Source: Octopus bimaculoides
Lineage: Eukaryota
Direction: 5' to 3'
Length of the DNA: 33,071 nucleotides
Assembly (NCBI RefSeq): GCF_001194135.2
Contig: NC_068982.1
Span: 53,196,631-53,229,701, forward strand
A model generated the notes under the pieces. It worked only from the letters and a program-made list of their open reading frames with translations. It made no database searches and had not been told where the DNA came from. The translations under genes were made by a program, and so were the position numbers. Shown in pieces: positions 10,205-23,075 of the stretch (position 1 is the stretch's first letter; each line of letters opens with the position of its first letter).

Positions 10205-10523
10205 NNNNNNNNNNNNNNNNNNNNNNNNNNNNNNNNNNNNNNNNNNNNNNNNNNNNNNNNNNNNNNNNNNNNNNNNNNNNNNNNNNNNNNNNNNNNNNNN
10301 NNNNNNNNNNNNNNNNNNNNNNNNNNNNNNNNNNNNNNNNNNNNNNNNNNNNNNNNNNNNNNNNNNNNNNNNNNNNNNNNNNNNNNNNNNNNNNNNNNNN
10401 NNNNNNNNNNNNNNNNNNNNNNNNNNNNNNNNNNNNNNNNNNNNNNNNNNNNNNNNNNNNNNNNNNNNNNNNNNNNNNNNNNNNNNNNNNNNNNNNNNNN
10501 NNNNNNNNNNNNNNNNNNNNNNN

Positions 10524-10569
<46 letters not shown>

Positions 10570-10712
10570 ACATATATGTATATGTATATATATATAGATA
10601 GATACATACATACATATGTATGTATATATGTATATGTGTATATATATATATGTATATATATATGTGTATATATATATGTATGTATGTATATATATATATG
10701 TATACATACACA
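10156..10712. repeat. (TG)n ... gap ... (TA)n/(TATG)n microsatellite block
   Basis: Directly visible dinucleotide tracts flanking a gap. Confidence 0.9.
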
Positions 10713-11984
10713 TATTCTAAAATGATAGAGATTGAGGTAAAATATAATAGTTCATATTGGATGTAAAAGAATTTATACGCGCGTGTGTGTGTGTGTGTGT
10801 GTGCGCGCGCTCGTACGTGCGTGCGTGTGTGTTTCTCTGTGTCTGTCTTGTGAGAGTGGAAATCTTATGAACCGGAAATTACCATTGTCTAGTTTGTCAC
10901 TTGAGTTCCTTTAGTTAATTACATTTGTCTGTGGAGTTCGCTACAGGGGTTTACCGAAGCTTCGAATTTTGATCATTTTTACAATAATATACATACATGT
11001 AAGTATGCGTGTGTTGGGTGTTAACATGTGTGTATATACGCATGTGTATAGAGCGCGCGGCACCATTAAGCACTACTTAAGAAACACTAATCACACAACC
11101 TTCTCTTCTATGAACTTCCCCCCACCAGCAAGTCGGCTCCATCCCCACCACGTGACTTTCCTAAAACTATTTCCAAAGATATGTTAAAACGATACAATTT
11201 CTACATATTATTCTGTCGGAATCTCTGGTAAAGTTTCAACCCATATTAAGCAGAAGACAATCGAGTATTCTCAGTTACACTAGTCGCTTTACCCCCTGTT
11301 TTGTTCTCTTTATTCTCCCTTGTACATCGCTCATTTTCCTTCGTGTTTCGCCCTCCTCTTTCTTCTTTCCATATCCCTTTGATCGCCCCTCCATCTCCAG
11401 CTCATTTACTGTCTCTTTAGCTTTTTTCCTTCTCCCTACTCTTGCTGTCTTACCAGACATACATAATACACACACCCTCAAAGACACACACCCTCAAAGA
11501 CACACGCACATATATATGTACACACACTCACACAGCTACACACATACACACACACGCACACACACACACACACACATACATACATACAAGCATATATACC
11601 ATGCACATCCCTCTGTTCTACATGCACATAATACATTTCCAACTTTCTTCCGAAAACTTAGCATCGTTGAACTTTACTCTATAAACTCTGTTTAAAGACC
11701 ACAATCCATGTTGTAATATTGTTACACCTACTAAGCTAATTTCACATAACACAGAGGTAATTATTATAAGCATTTATCATCATACTTTTAACAGTATTAG
11801 GGGAGTTTCTTTTACACTATGAATTGCAGTTCCGTGTTTGTAAGGTGTATGGCTATTTTTGGATATTACATCTGCTTTGCTTCGTTTTGGAGTTCTTTGT
11901 TGTTTCTGGTATCATTTTTGTCTTTCGTTTGTTGTGCAGAGTTGTCCATATACAAGAAGTGGGGAAAATTTCGACGGAGCAGTT

Positions 11985-12510
11985 AAAACCATGTGTGGTA
12001 AGTAGCTTGCATACCAAGCACATGGTTCCGGCTTCAGTTCCACTGCGTGGCACCTTGGGTAAGTGTCTTCTACTGTAGCCACGGCCGACCAAAGCCTTGT
12101 GTGTGGATTTGGTAGACGGAAACTGAAAGAAGCCCGTCGTATATATATATATATATNNNNNNNNNNNNNNNNNNNNNNNNNNNNNNNNNNNNNNNNNNNN
12201 NNNNNNNNNNNNNNNNNNNNNNNNNNNNNNNNNNNNNNNNNNNNNNNNNNNNNNNNNNNNNNNNNNNNNNNNNNNNNNNNNNNNTGTTTGTGTGTCTGTG
12301 TTTGTCTCTCCACCACCACCACCAACATCGCTGGACAACGGATGTTAGTGTGTTTACGTCGCCGTAACTTAACGGTTTGGCAAAAGAGGACGATAGAGTA
12401 AGTACTAGGCTTACAAAGAATAAGTCCTGGGGTCGATTTGCTCGACTAAAGCCGGTGCTCCAGCATGGCTGCAGTCAAATGACTGAAACAAATTAAAGAA
12501 TAAAAGAATA
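11985..12510 (+). mobile_element. Octopus tRNA-derived SINE, family B (CORE-like), near full length with internal (TA)n/(TG)n
   Basis: Head tgtgtggtaagtagcttgc...ggcttcagttcc, CORE-like gcaccttgggtaagtgtcttc, internal microsatellite containing a gap, and tail ending aaagaataaaagaata. Confidence 0.9.
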
Positions 12511-12987
12511 ACAGAATATAACAAAAATGAACTACCAGCAATAACTCAGAACGGCCAATGGTATGAATTTGGACAACAAAGACCTATGAAATGCCATACA
12601 TGACAAATTCTTGATTTCTTGACAATATTTCTGCTTCCAGAGAAGGTAAAACAAATGCCTGGTGGCAAATGCGACCGACTCCGTATGAAAAGATAATTTC
12701 TTCGGAATTTACATGTCATTAAAAAAAGACTGTCGTTTTGTCATATTTTTTGGGGGAAAGAACACTGCATTTGACCCGTGTTTCTGTCTCAATAGACGTC
12801 CTCGGCACAATATTAACAATAGGAATGGTGAATAATATGTCAAATACACGCAAAGTTGAATCTCTCAAATGTAATGTTAATTATAAAACTTCGATCTAAC
12901 AAAAATTATCCTCTCAATTAAAGAACAAAAACTCCCACTGGGGTTATTTAAACTTTAGATACAACAAACATGAGATANNNNNNNNNN

Positions 12988-13196
12988 AAATTTTGATACA
13001 AGCTAGCAAATTTAGTGGCAGGTGGTAAGTCGCGTACATCGACCCCAATGTTTAATTGGTATTTATTTTGTCGACCCTCGAAAGGACAAAATGCAAAATC
13101 CACCTCGGCAGCATTTGGCCTTTGAACGAAAACCGTAAAAAACGCCATTACGCACTTTGTCGGAATGTGCAAACGATTCATCCAGCTCGCCGAATT
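12988..13196 (-). mobile_element. SINE family A (diverged)
   Basis: aacgattcatccagctcgcc head and atcgacccc...ttatttt body match other copies. Confidence 0.8.
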
Positions 13197-13384
13197 AGGC
13201 AACTCTGATAATATCAGCTATTTCAGTTTTGAAGAAAATATAGGCAGCACGCTGAGGAACCGAGTCTCCTATAAAAGCCGACTGATAAAAGCTAAAAGCA
13301 AGGTATACATAGATTCATTACTGAAATACATGCGCTCAACTATGGTCTACAGACACACGCGATGATTCTACGATAAGGACAAGA

Positions 13385-13571
13385 CTTTATATTTAGGAGA
13401 GGGAGGCTAGTCGATTACATCGATCCCAGTGCTAATTTTATCGATCCCGAGAGGCAAATATATTTTTTAAAAAATTGATCTCGACAGAATTTGAATTCAG
13501 AACATAAAGACGGACGAAATGTCTGTAAACTTTTTATCCGGTGTTTTAAAGATTCTACCAGCTCACAGCCT
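13385..13571 (-). mobile_element. SINE family A (diverged)
   Basis: tagtcgattacatcgatcccagtgc...gaatttgaattcagaac...gattctaccagctc. Confidence 0.82.
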
Positions 13572-14151
13572 GATGTCCATATGTAATAAAGCAAGTTAAT
13601 GCAAATACATTGTATTCTACACTATACAAAGATAACATACGCTTACTAAACACTTAGGAAACGCATTTCGCGTCAAGTTGCTTTGTCCTTTCAAAAAAAA
13701 AAGAACAGGGCGCCCGTTTACTAACCGTTTAAATGTAAAAAAAGGCTCTCAGGTAAACAGGCCCTAACGATTTTTTTTTTCTCTTTCAGTTTTTTTCTTT
13801 CTTCTTCCCGAAACATGATTTAACTAGTAGGATGGATGCAGGACTGAATGAGCAACAGGACTCCTATTTTAACGACAGAAAATAAATGACGTCTGTTGAA
13901 AGTTTTGTGATGATGACAGGTGAAAGAGTGGTGATGGGTGGTGGTGGTGGTGGGGAGGGCATGAAGGGTTGTTGGATATCGAGGCTAATAACACTTGGCA
14001 AGGCTGGTGGCGGACCGAATTTTCGTTAGGGGAGGGAGGATACAAAGAACAAAGGGGCAAGTTCAATGGGCTCCTCAGGCAGCTCGTCATGCTGAGATGC
14101 TGACACGTGTCTTATTCTAAGTTGTTTCCGAATTTTATGGGGTTGAAGTGA

Positions 14152-14715
<564 letters not shown>

Positions 14716-15084
14716 ACAAAAAAGAACCAGCAACTAAAAATACTAAAAACACATGATCACATTATATGTCGTATTTTCTTGACTTTTTGATCTATTATCA
14801 TCTTGACACCTTCTATAACCCTTCTCCCTTTTTCACTAGATTTTGTTGTTAATGGGCTGTTGTCGCTGCTAGATAGAATCTACTATCGCTATTGTTTGCT
14901 ACTTAAATATTAATGTATTAAAATTATATTATTATCAACAGTTATGCGTTGTGCATAAGTTAAATGTGCTAAGGCGTTACTCTATGGGACGCGAACCGAT
15001 GGCAAATGTATTTGAGCAAAAATCGATTTATTTTTCTTCGCTTTTGTTTTGCCTCATCAAATATACATATGTAATTTTTTTAAA

Positions 15085-15190
15085 TTCTGCAAGTTAGCTT
15101 CCCAACTACATGGTTCCAAACTACATGGACCAAAAGCCTTGTGAGTGGCTTTGGTATACGACAACTGGAAATTACACGTTGTATATATAT
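15085..15190 (+). mobile_element. SINE family B, internally deleted fragment
   Basis: tagcttcccaactacatggttcc...gaccaaaagccttgtgagtggctttggta matches the family B head and middle. Confidence 0.6.
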
Positions 15191-15202
15191 TATTTTATTC
15201 CA

Positions 15203-15360
15203 GGCGCAGGAGTGGCTGTGTGGTAAGTAGCTTGCTTACCACCCACATAGTTCCGGGTTCGGTCCTACTGCGTAGCATCTTGGGCAAGTGTCTTCTATTA
15301 TAGCCTCGGGCCGACCAAAGCCTTGTGAGTAGATTTGGTAGACGGAAATTGAAAGAAGCT
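15203..15360 (+). mobile_element. SINE family B, 5' half
   Basis: ggcgcaggagtggctgtgtggtaag (A box), gggttcggtcc (B box), CORE-like cttgggcaagtgtcttct. Confidence 0.92.
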
Positions 15361-15452
15361 ATTGGTTCACTGCTTTTCTGATAGCGACAGTGGCAGAGGA
15401 GTGTCTATAACTAGATGCAGAGATTATTTACGATATTCGGAAAATTAAGCAG

Positions 15453-15651
15453 TTTACTCTTTTACTTGTTTCAGTCATTTGACTGTGGCCATGCTGGAGT
15501 ACCGCCTTTAGTCGAGAATATCGACCCAAGGACTTATTCTTTGTAAGCCTAGTACTTATTCTATCGGTCTCTCTTGCCGAACCGCTAAGTTACGGGGACG
15601 TAAACACACCACCATCGGTTGTCAAGCGATGTTGGGGGGGGGGACAAACAC

Positions 15652-15682
<31 letters not shown>

Positions 15683-15776
15683 CGACCTATATTGCCCAAG
15701 GTGCCTCGCAGTGGGACTGAACCCAGAACCATGTGGCTGGTAAGCAAGCTACTTACCACACAGCCACTCCTACGCA
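15453..15776 (-). mobile_element. SINE family B, head to tail, with an internal deletion
   Basis: Reverse-complement head at 15690-15776, internal (CA)/(TA) tract, and tail ttgtttcagtcatttgactgtggccatgctggag. Confidence 0.92.
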
Positions 15777-16032
15777 TAGAGCCATTACTTCTTTGAATAC
15801 GTTCTGAGATCTGAGAATGTCTTCAATGCTTATTGCAGAATAGCTTGTTGCTTGGTAATTGTCAAAGTTTCAATTATAAACTTCATTCTCATGCAAATTC
15901 CGCTAAAATGCGTTTTACGTATCAGTTACATTTAATCTTATGTAAAGAAGATTCCCATTTTGAAATAAGTGTCTGCATCTCAAAAAGGATCTTGATGCTG
16001 CGAATAAATTCACTGTTCAAAGAAATGTTTTG

Positions 16033-16407
16033 GTCTTTCATTTGATTCAGTCGTCAGACTACGGTTTTGTTGTGAAAACGCCTTGAAAGGTTTTAGTCAA
16101 AGAAATCGATCTCAGTATTTATTTTAAAGTTTAATACTTATTCTATGGGACTCATTGACCGAACCGCTAGGTTATAGGGATATAAGTAAACTAATACCGG
16201 CTGTCAAGCGGTGGAGACACCGACACAAAGACACACACGCATATCAACGATAGTCTTCCACATAGTTTCCTTCTCCCAAATTCTCTCACATTACATTAGT
16301 CAACGTGGAGCAATAGTAAACATTTACTGAGGAGTAGTGCTGTGGGACTGAACCCGAAAACCACGTGGCTGAAAGCAAGCTTCTTAATCACACAGCTATG
16401 CATGTAC
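16033..16407 (-). mobile_element. SINE family B, old diverged copy
   Basis: gggactgaacccgaaaaccacgtggctgaaagcaagcttcttaatcacacagc head and gaaccgctaggtta body. Confidence 0.75.
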
Positions 16408-16726
16408 TATTTATAATGAAAATTTAATTCCCTTTTCGAATTTATGTTTATTTCGTAAGGTTTTGTATTTTCTTTGAAAGTGAGAGTTCTCACTTATGAT
16501 TGCTTTTATATTTGAGTGGATATATTGAAATAGTGATTTTACGTATCCGTTGTATCAAGCCGTTATTTTTCAAGTTACTGAGTTTATAAAACCTCCTATC
16601 ATTTAGTCAGACATTTGCTTCTGCACCTCTGGGGCAATAATCTGAGCAGTTGCTGTTGTTATTGCTTTGCCAAAGATGAGTCCTGATCAAACAGATATAC
16701 GATCAAAGACGTTCCAGCTATGAAGC

Positions 16727-17079
16727 GGACTCGCGATCGTAGGATCGCGGTTTTGATTCCCAGACCGGGCGTTGTGAGTGTTTATTGAGCGAAAACACCT
16801 AAAGCTCCACGAGGCTCCGGCAGGGGGATGGTGGCGAACCCTGCTGTACTCTTTCACCACAACTTTCTCTCACTCTTTCTTCCTGTTTCTGTTGTGCCTG
16901 TAATTCAAAGGGTCAGCCTTGTCACACTGTGTCACGCTGAATATCCCCGAGAACTACGTTGAGGGTACACCTGTCTGTGGAGTGCTCAGCCCCTTGCACG
17001 TTAATTTAACGAGCAGGCTGTTCCGTCGATCGGATCAACTGGAACCCTCGACGTCGTAAGCGACGGACTGCCAACAACA
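16727..17079 (+). mobile_element. tRNA-derived SINE, family C (5'-truncated)
   Basis: Anticodon-arm-like gactcgcgatc, B-box-like ggttttgattccc, GC-richer body, terminal hairpin cgtcg-taag-cgacg and (AAC) tail. Confidence 0.7.
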
Positions 17080-18854
17080 CGATATATCTAAGTAAGACTA
17101 TCTTATCAAATACTTCTACCCGTTTTTTAAGTTGCTTACTGAATCTGAATGAACGTTCTTGGACTGAATTGTGAATTTTGCCAGAATTAATTGAAAATCG
17201 TGTCAAACATCAGCTTAGTTGTATGATAGGGAAAAGTGTGTAGAAGGTACGCACTCGTGACTTGGGATGCATTTGCCAGGAGTTATAACCATAGAGTCAG
17301 CTTGACTTACACACTCAATTGAACAGATATCAATTTCTATAGCAAGCCATGGTGAATAGAAATCTATTATTTCACAAAATTGTATGAATCAGTATCGATA
17401 TTTTAGAATCAGCATATTTTCTTTCTATTCTATTTTTCATTTCAAAGTGTATGGGTTTTTTTCCCAGTACTAAACTGACACGGAACCCTGTATTATTTTC
17501 TATTCAATTTTCAGTCTAAAAATTTGTGAAATACATATTTATGATTTAATAAACAATACTTTTTTTTGTATTATAAATACATAGACTGAAAAAAAAAAAG
17601 AATAATGGCGAGGCCGATGCTTAGTCACATGATCGAGTGCTTACTCATTGTTGTTATTGTCATCGTTGTCGTCATAGAATTCATGCAGTAGTGAAAGTTA
17701 TCTTGGTGGTGGAAGCTTACGTAGAGGAAGTTCACGAGGCATGTACAATTGAATACTAGCGTTACTATCTCAGCCAGAATTAGAATAAAAACACCGATTC
17801 AATATAGTTAAGCAAAGATGAGTGAGTTCTGTAAGTTGGGACAAAGAAATGGAATGGTTTTTCAGGCTCATTAGAGAATTTACACTCAACAAAATACTCA
17901 TGTATTAAGTAGTGTACCTTTCCTGAAATACATGCTGTTTAAAACTGTTTCGGTGTAAATATTTACACTTAGGTGTATTAAAATACCCTTATTCTTTTAT
18001 ATAATATATCAGGAGAAAGCGATAAAAAAACTAAATGCCAAGAAAACAAGAAAAAAGCAAAGAAAATGAACAACACCAGCAGTAACCAAATCAACAATAA
18101 CAGTAACAGCAGCGACAACAATAACAACAATAGCAACAATAACAGTTTTGAACTACGTGACTTTATGCGAGCTTAACTCGACAAATTCGAGAAGACTGTT
18201 GAAGTTTGTATATTTAAATGATATACGCTACACGCAAACATTAACATATACACATAAGTCTTCTCAATCAGAAATAACCTAAGGTCAGGTCAGGTTCTTC
18301 GATTAGGTTAACCCAGGCAGGCGTCTCAAGTGTAGTAGTGACCCATGTAGTCCATAGTTTTATACAAATGAATCACTTAAAGAGAATATACGTCAGTGAT
18401 CGTAGCAGTTCACATAATTCATTGTTAGATCATAAACACTTCATAGTTTTCTACATTGATTGTAGTAATGTTAAATAACTGATGTTATTATTCTGCAGAA
18501 ACTAAATCTTGCTTCGATCAAATGATTTCTTGACGTATAAAGTATTTGGGTTCCGACAGGATAGAGAGTCGAAGTATTTCCAGTTCAGCATTAAACTCGA
18601 ACTTGTAGTCTCGAGTCTTGAGGCAGATTGAAATTCCGATGGTGTAGAAAATCCTGGTTCATTATCAGTAAATCCAATGTATGCACTTACGAAGAGTTAT
18701 ATATAATCAAAATAAGAAGACTAATAAAGGATTTAGCACATCTCTTTTACTAGTTATAGCTGTTTCGCTACCACTCCGTCTTTAACGTCACTGCATGCAA
18801 ATAATTTCATTTGAAGAGTTGCATAATATTTGTGACTGGTTCTATCGACTATGT

Positions 18855-19248
18855 ACTTACGGGTTGCAAGAATTTGGGAAAATCGTTAATGAGTATAAAT
18901 AACAAAGATAGTGATGCTGAAGTTCTGTGCTGCAAACTTAGTAATGGTTCGAAAACTTCAAATATTTTCTTCTATCAAAAGGAGTTCTCTTCATATTACA
19001 ACAGAAACTTTTGGTTCGTGTGTCTGTTTTCTTAGCACTAAAGTTCCTCTTCACAGTGTTGGTGTCAGCAGGATGTTTCGAACATAGTTTTTCAAAGCTC
19101 AAACTTATAAAACTTTATGCAAGCTTGATAATGCTGAAAAAGAAACCAACTTAATTGGTAACGATATCAATTTAACATGAACCAGGCTGAAGCACTTAAT
19201 CTAATTGAATTGGTGACAAAATTTGCAAAGGAGAAAACACGCAAATGA
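18855..19248 (+). mobile_element. hAT transposase C-terminal (dimerization domain) remnant
   Basis: 19032-19248 reads LALKFLFTVLVSAGCFEHSFSKLKLIK...ISI*HE...LNLIELVTKFAKEKTRK*, matching the hATC consensus (PV..A..ERSFSKLKLIK...LAILSIE...FA..K.RK). Upstream CKNLGKSL...DSDAEVLC is also compatible. Confidence 0.82.
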
Positions 19249-19702
19249 GAATTTTATTAACCTAAACTCGAAACTTTTATGAGACTTGAATTTTAACTAC
19301 ACCATTCACAAGATTATTGCTTCCGACAAGTTGATAACCAGATAAAGTAGAGGCCTTTCTTTTCTTATGTGACTATGTTCAAACTGTTTTTTAAAGTAAG
19401 ACGGTTTTGTGTGCCCTTCACCTGAAACTAATTTGGCGCCAAAGTATTTTCTTTTGTACTTCAGAAAGATAATGAAAGATTGATATATTAGTATTTATTC
19501 TAGCAAATTTAGATTGAAATTCGTGGTTTTCAGGTTTGTAGAGTTTTTTCTTCTATAAAACATTTATTTTTTAAAATCGACGACGGCAGTTTTGTTTGAA
19601 AGGTGGAGCTGCAAGTAGATACTCACTCATAGGGACTAAAATAGTTTGGAAACAGCTCTATCTCAGGAAATAAATTAGCAACGTCAACAATAACTGACAC
19701 CG

Positions 19703-19920
19703 GGAAGACGGTTAGCTGGCAGAATCGTTAGCGCGTCGAATAAAATGCTTAGCGACATTTCTTCTGGCTTCACGTTCTTAGTTCAAATTCCACTGGGGTA
19801 GTCTTTGCTTCTCATCTTTACGGAATCGATGAAATAAGTATCCGTTAAGCACTGAGGTGAATGTAATCGACTACTTACTCTCAACCCGAATTTCAGGCTT
19901 TGTGCCTGTGATAGAAAGAA
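19703..19920 (+). mobile_element. SINE family A
   Basis: ttagctggcagaatcgttagcgcg...gttcaaattcc...tgtaatcgact...gaatttcaggctttgtgcct. Confidence 0.88.
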
Positions 19921-20067
19921 AAACAAAACAAAACAAAACAAAACAAAACAAAAAGAAAAAGAAAAATAGAAACAATTGATAGACATAGACGAATACTTAT
20001 ACATAAACAAAAAAACGCTCATACGCGCGCGCATGTGTACATGTATGCGGTCATGTGCGTGTGTGTA

Positions 20068-20115
<48 letters not shown>

Positions 20116-20356
20116 CCCAGATATTCTACAGGGTCAAATAACGCATGCAATAAGCTAAATATTTTATCAAGCGACTAATTAAACTAATGATCTAATACTT
20201 TTCTTGTTTTGAATTTGTAATTTGATAGATTGATATATCAATAGCAAGGAATGAAAACAATAGACTTCAACAAGTTGCAGTAATTCTTGTTTCAGAAGCA
20301 CTTGTTTCCCCAATGTCAGTCTTATTGTTAGAAAAATAAGTACTTGAAATTTATTA

Positions 20357-20530
20357 GGGGCGTTTGGTGGCTTAATCGGTACAATATCGGATGAAATATT
20401 TTGTGGTATTCAGTTACATGTCTTATATTGTGAGTTAAAATCTCGTTGGGTTTGACATCGCCTTTTATAAGGTCGATTCACACGATTACACCACACCCCT
20501 GAAGTTTGTGGCCTTGTGCCAGCGTTAAGA
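20357..20530 (+). mobile_element. SINE family A, highly degraded
   Basis: Weak head, gagttaaaatctc B-box remnant, and 3' gaagtttgtggccttgtgcc. Confidence 0.5.
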
Positions 20531-21719
20531 AAATCTTTATTCTGAAATTTAGCGCTTGTATGATCATGAGCTTTTGTTTCCCATTGTTCAGCTGTACCTA
20601 AGCACTGTGTATCCCATAGTCATAACTTCACTTAACCAGATAAAGTAGTCACCTTAACATTCCGTAAAAGAATAATGTGCAGATTTTGCACTGGCTGTAA
20701 ACAAGTCAAGACACTCAGGTTAATCGGTACGTAATACGAATTTGAAGTTTAGTCATACATATGTTTGATAATTGTATTATGATAATAAGAAAAAATACAA
20801 AAGGTATTGAGACCGACCTGAACGAACGATGAAGAAACGAGTACGTTTATCCATAACAAATAACAATATGTTTTAGATGCTCTGGCCTAAAGAACTTTTA
20901 CAAAACTTGGTTAGCTATATGAATATGTAGAGAGGACTAAGTGCAGATATATAAATAGATCTACCAGTGACTATAAAGGAAATTATGTCATTGTGATATG
21001 ACAAACTTACACGCGCGCGAGCTTATATGCTCGAAAGCGCACTTACATTCACATACACATGCGCGCGCGCTGAATTAGAGCGCTTATAATGTTCTACTTG
21101 ACTATAGGTATGTATGTATGCATACACACACACACACATACACACACACACACATACACAAACCTACTTGGAAATCGATGCGTCGCGTTCAATTAAATAA
21201 TAATAATAAATAATATATATACATGCATATATATATATATATANNNNNNNNNNNNNNNNNNNNNNNNNNNNNNNNNNNNNNNNNNNNNNNNNNNNNNNNN
21301 NNNNNNNNNNNNNNNNNNNNNNNNNNNNNNNNNNNNNNNNNNNNNNNNNNNNNNNNNNNNNNNNNNNNNNNNNNNNNNNNNNNNNNNNNNNNNNNNNNNN
21401 NNNNNNNNNNNNNNNNNNNNNNNNNNNNNNNNNNNNNNNNNNNNNNNNNNNNNNNNNNNNNNNNNNNNNNNNNNNNNNNNNNNNNNNNNNNNNNNNNNNN
21501 NNNNNNNNNNNNNNNNNNNNNNNNNNNNNNNNNNTATATATATATATATATATATGCATATATGGGTACAGGATATCACCAACGGTACAAACAACATGAA
21601 TTACGTAAAAAACGAGTTAAATACGTAAACGAGAGAAAAAAATTGAAAACAGGATAACACAGAGAAAGGACCCTTCATCAGTTGTCGGCTGTCTATCTAC
21701 TCCTCATTTCGAGCCTTCA

Positions 21720-21806
21720 TACATTTACGTATATAAATGCACATGGATATATGCATGTGCATATATACATACATGCACACATGCATACATAGATATATAT
21801 ATACAT

Positions 21807-21854
<48 letters not shown>

Positions 21855-21965
21855 GCGCATACACATATTAATACATACAAATATGCTTACATAAGTGTTG
21901 ATATATATCTGTGCGTGCATGTGTGTATGCGTGCGTCTGTGTGTGTGTGTGAGTGTGTGTCTATA
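21720..21965. repeat. (TA)n/(CATA)n/(TG)n microsatellite block
   Basis: Directly visible. Confidence 0.88.
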
Positions 21966-21989
21966 AGCGTGTGTATTACAATGCTTCTA

Positions 21990-22160
21990 ATCTAGGCGCA
22001 AAGCCTGAGATTTGAGGGAAGGGTTAGTCGATGATATCGACCTCAGTACCTAGATGTTACTTTATTTTATCGATTCTAGAAGGTTGAATCGACGTCATTT
22101 GAGTTCAGAACCTAATAATTCGTAACTAAATAGTACAAACCATTTTGTCCGATACATACC
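21990..22160 (-). mobile_element. SINE family A, diverged
   Basis: ggcgcaaagcctgagatttg...tagtcgatgatatcgacctcagtac...atttgagttcagaac. Confidence 0.72.
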
Positions 22161-22309
22161 ACAAATTAAATAAGGAGTCAATGCTTAATGCAGTGACGTG
22201 TAAAATACTTTTTTATTAAATATGCGACAAGTGTAAAAGTGAGTGGCTTTCGTTATTGAATAGAACTTTTCAGTCGGTTGAAGTGAAAAAGAACGTGTAT
22301 ATATACGGG

Positions 22310-22520
22310 CATGTATACATACGTACGTACGTACCTACCTACCTACCTACCTACCTACCTACATACATACATACATACATACATGCATATATACATACAT
22401 GCATATATACATACATGCATATATACATACATGCATATATACATACATACACACACACACGTGTGTGTGTGTGTGTGTGTGTGCATGTATGTATGTATGT
22501 GTGTGTGTGTGTGTGTTCAT
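22310..22520. repeat. (CCTA)/(CATA)/(CA)/(TG) compound microsatellite
   Basis: Directly visible, including a (CA)n-(TG)n switch. Confidence 0.9.
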
Positions 22521-22839
22521 ACATATATAGGGATATCAACTACTGTGTCGAAAGAAGGTGAATAGTTAGGATGTGAGAATGGGTAGACTAAAATCAGGTT
22601 GGTGGGGTGAGTATTAGAGAAAGGCGGTTATATAACAAATTTGAATGAAGCGACATATAATAATAATTAATATAGTACTGGATTGTAAAAGGAGATCTTT
22701 TGCATCTAAATTATGCAGTTTACAAATAAACGATTGTGAAAACAGAAGGCGAATAAAGTTTCTTTTGTTAATCTTTAAGAAAAAAATTGGTATAATAAGA
22801 ACGCATTAGGGTTAATTTAAAAGAAACACACACACATAA

Positions 22840-22915
<76 letters not shown>

Positions 22916-23007
22916 AAAAAAAAACAGACAAAAACAATAACAAAAACAACGTGAGGACGTGATACGGATAGTGTTACTAGACGCTCGGGAAAGGAAAGAG
23001 AGAAATT

Positions 23008-23040
23008 ATGACGTTTCGAGCGGAGCTCTTCGTCGGAAAC
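23008..23040 (-). ncRNA. Minimal hammerhead ribozyme motif, second copy of the family at 2756-2790
   Basis: Minus strand reads GTTT-CCGACGA-A-GAGC-tcc-GCTC-GAAAC-GTC: 4-bp stem II and palindromic ACGT stem III; U4 is C. Confidence 0.65.
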
Positions 23041-23075
23041 AAGGAAAGTTCAAAGAAAGGAAAAAAACGGAGGAA

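Noticed and set aside
11860-11970. Minus-strand LLVYGQL resembling the RTE C-terminal LYGEL motif
   Set aside because: A single short motif without supporting flanks.
13227-13302. Possible 76-nt exon (tttcag|...aag|gtatac; FEENIGSTLRNRVSYKSRLIKAKSK)
   Set aside because: Weak donor, unrecognised peptide, no partner exon; expected by chance in 33 kb.
14840-14914. Strong-looking acceptor followed by DFVVNGLLSLLDRIYYRYCLLLKY*
   Set aside because: Short, no recognisable homology, and no upstream exon identified.
18283-18296. AGGTCAGGTCAGGT nuclear-receptor-like half-sites
   Set aside because: Overlapping pentamer repeat with non-canonical spacing; too short to support.
21020-21045. gagc-ttatat-gctc-GAAA resembling a hammerhead stem II
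   Set aside because: No upstream CUGANGA box.
21665-21715. Minus-strand CTGATGAAGG and ctcGAAA as a hammerhead
   Set aside because: The boxes are in the wrong order for a minimal type I motif and I could not identify closing stems.
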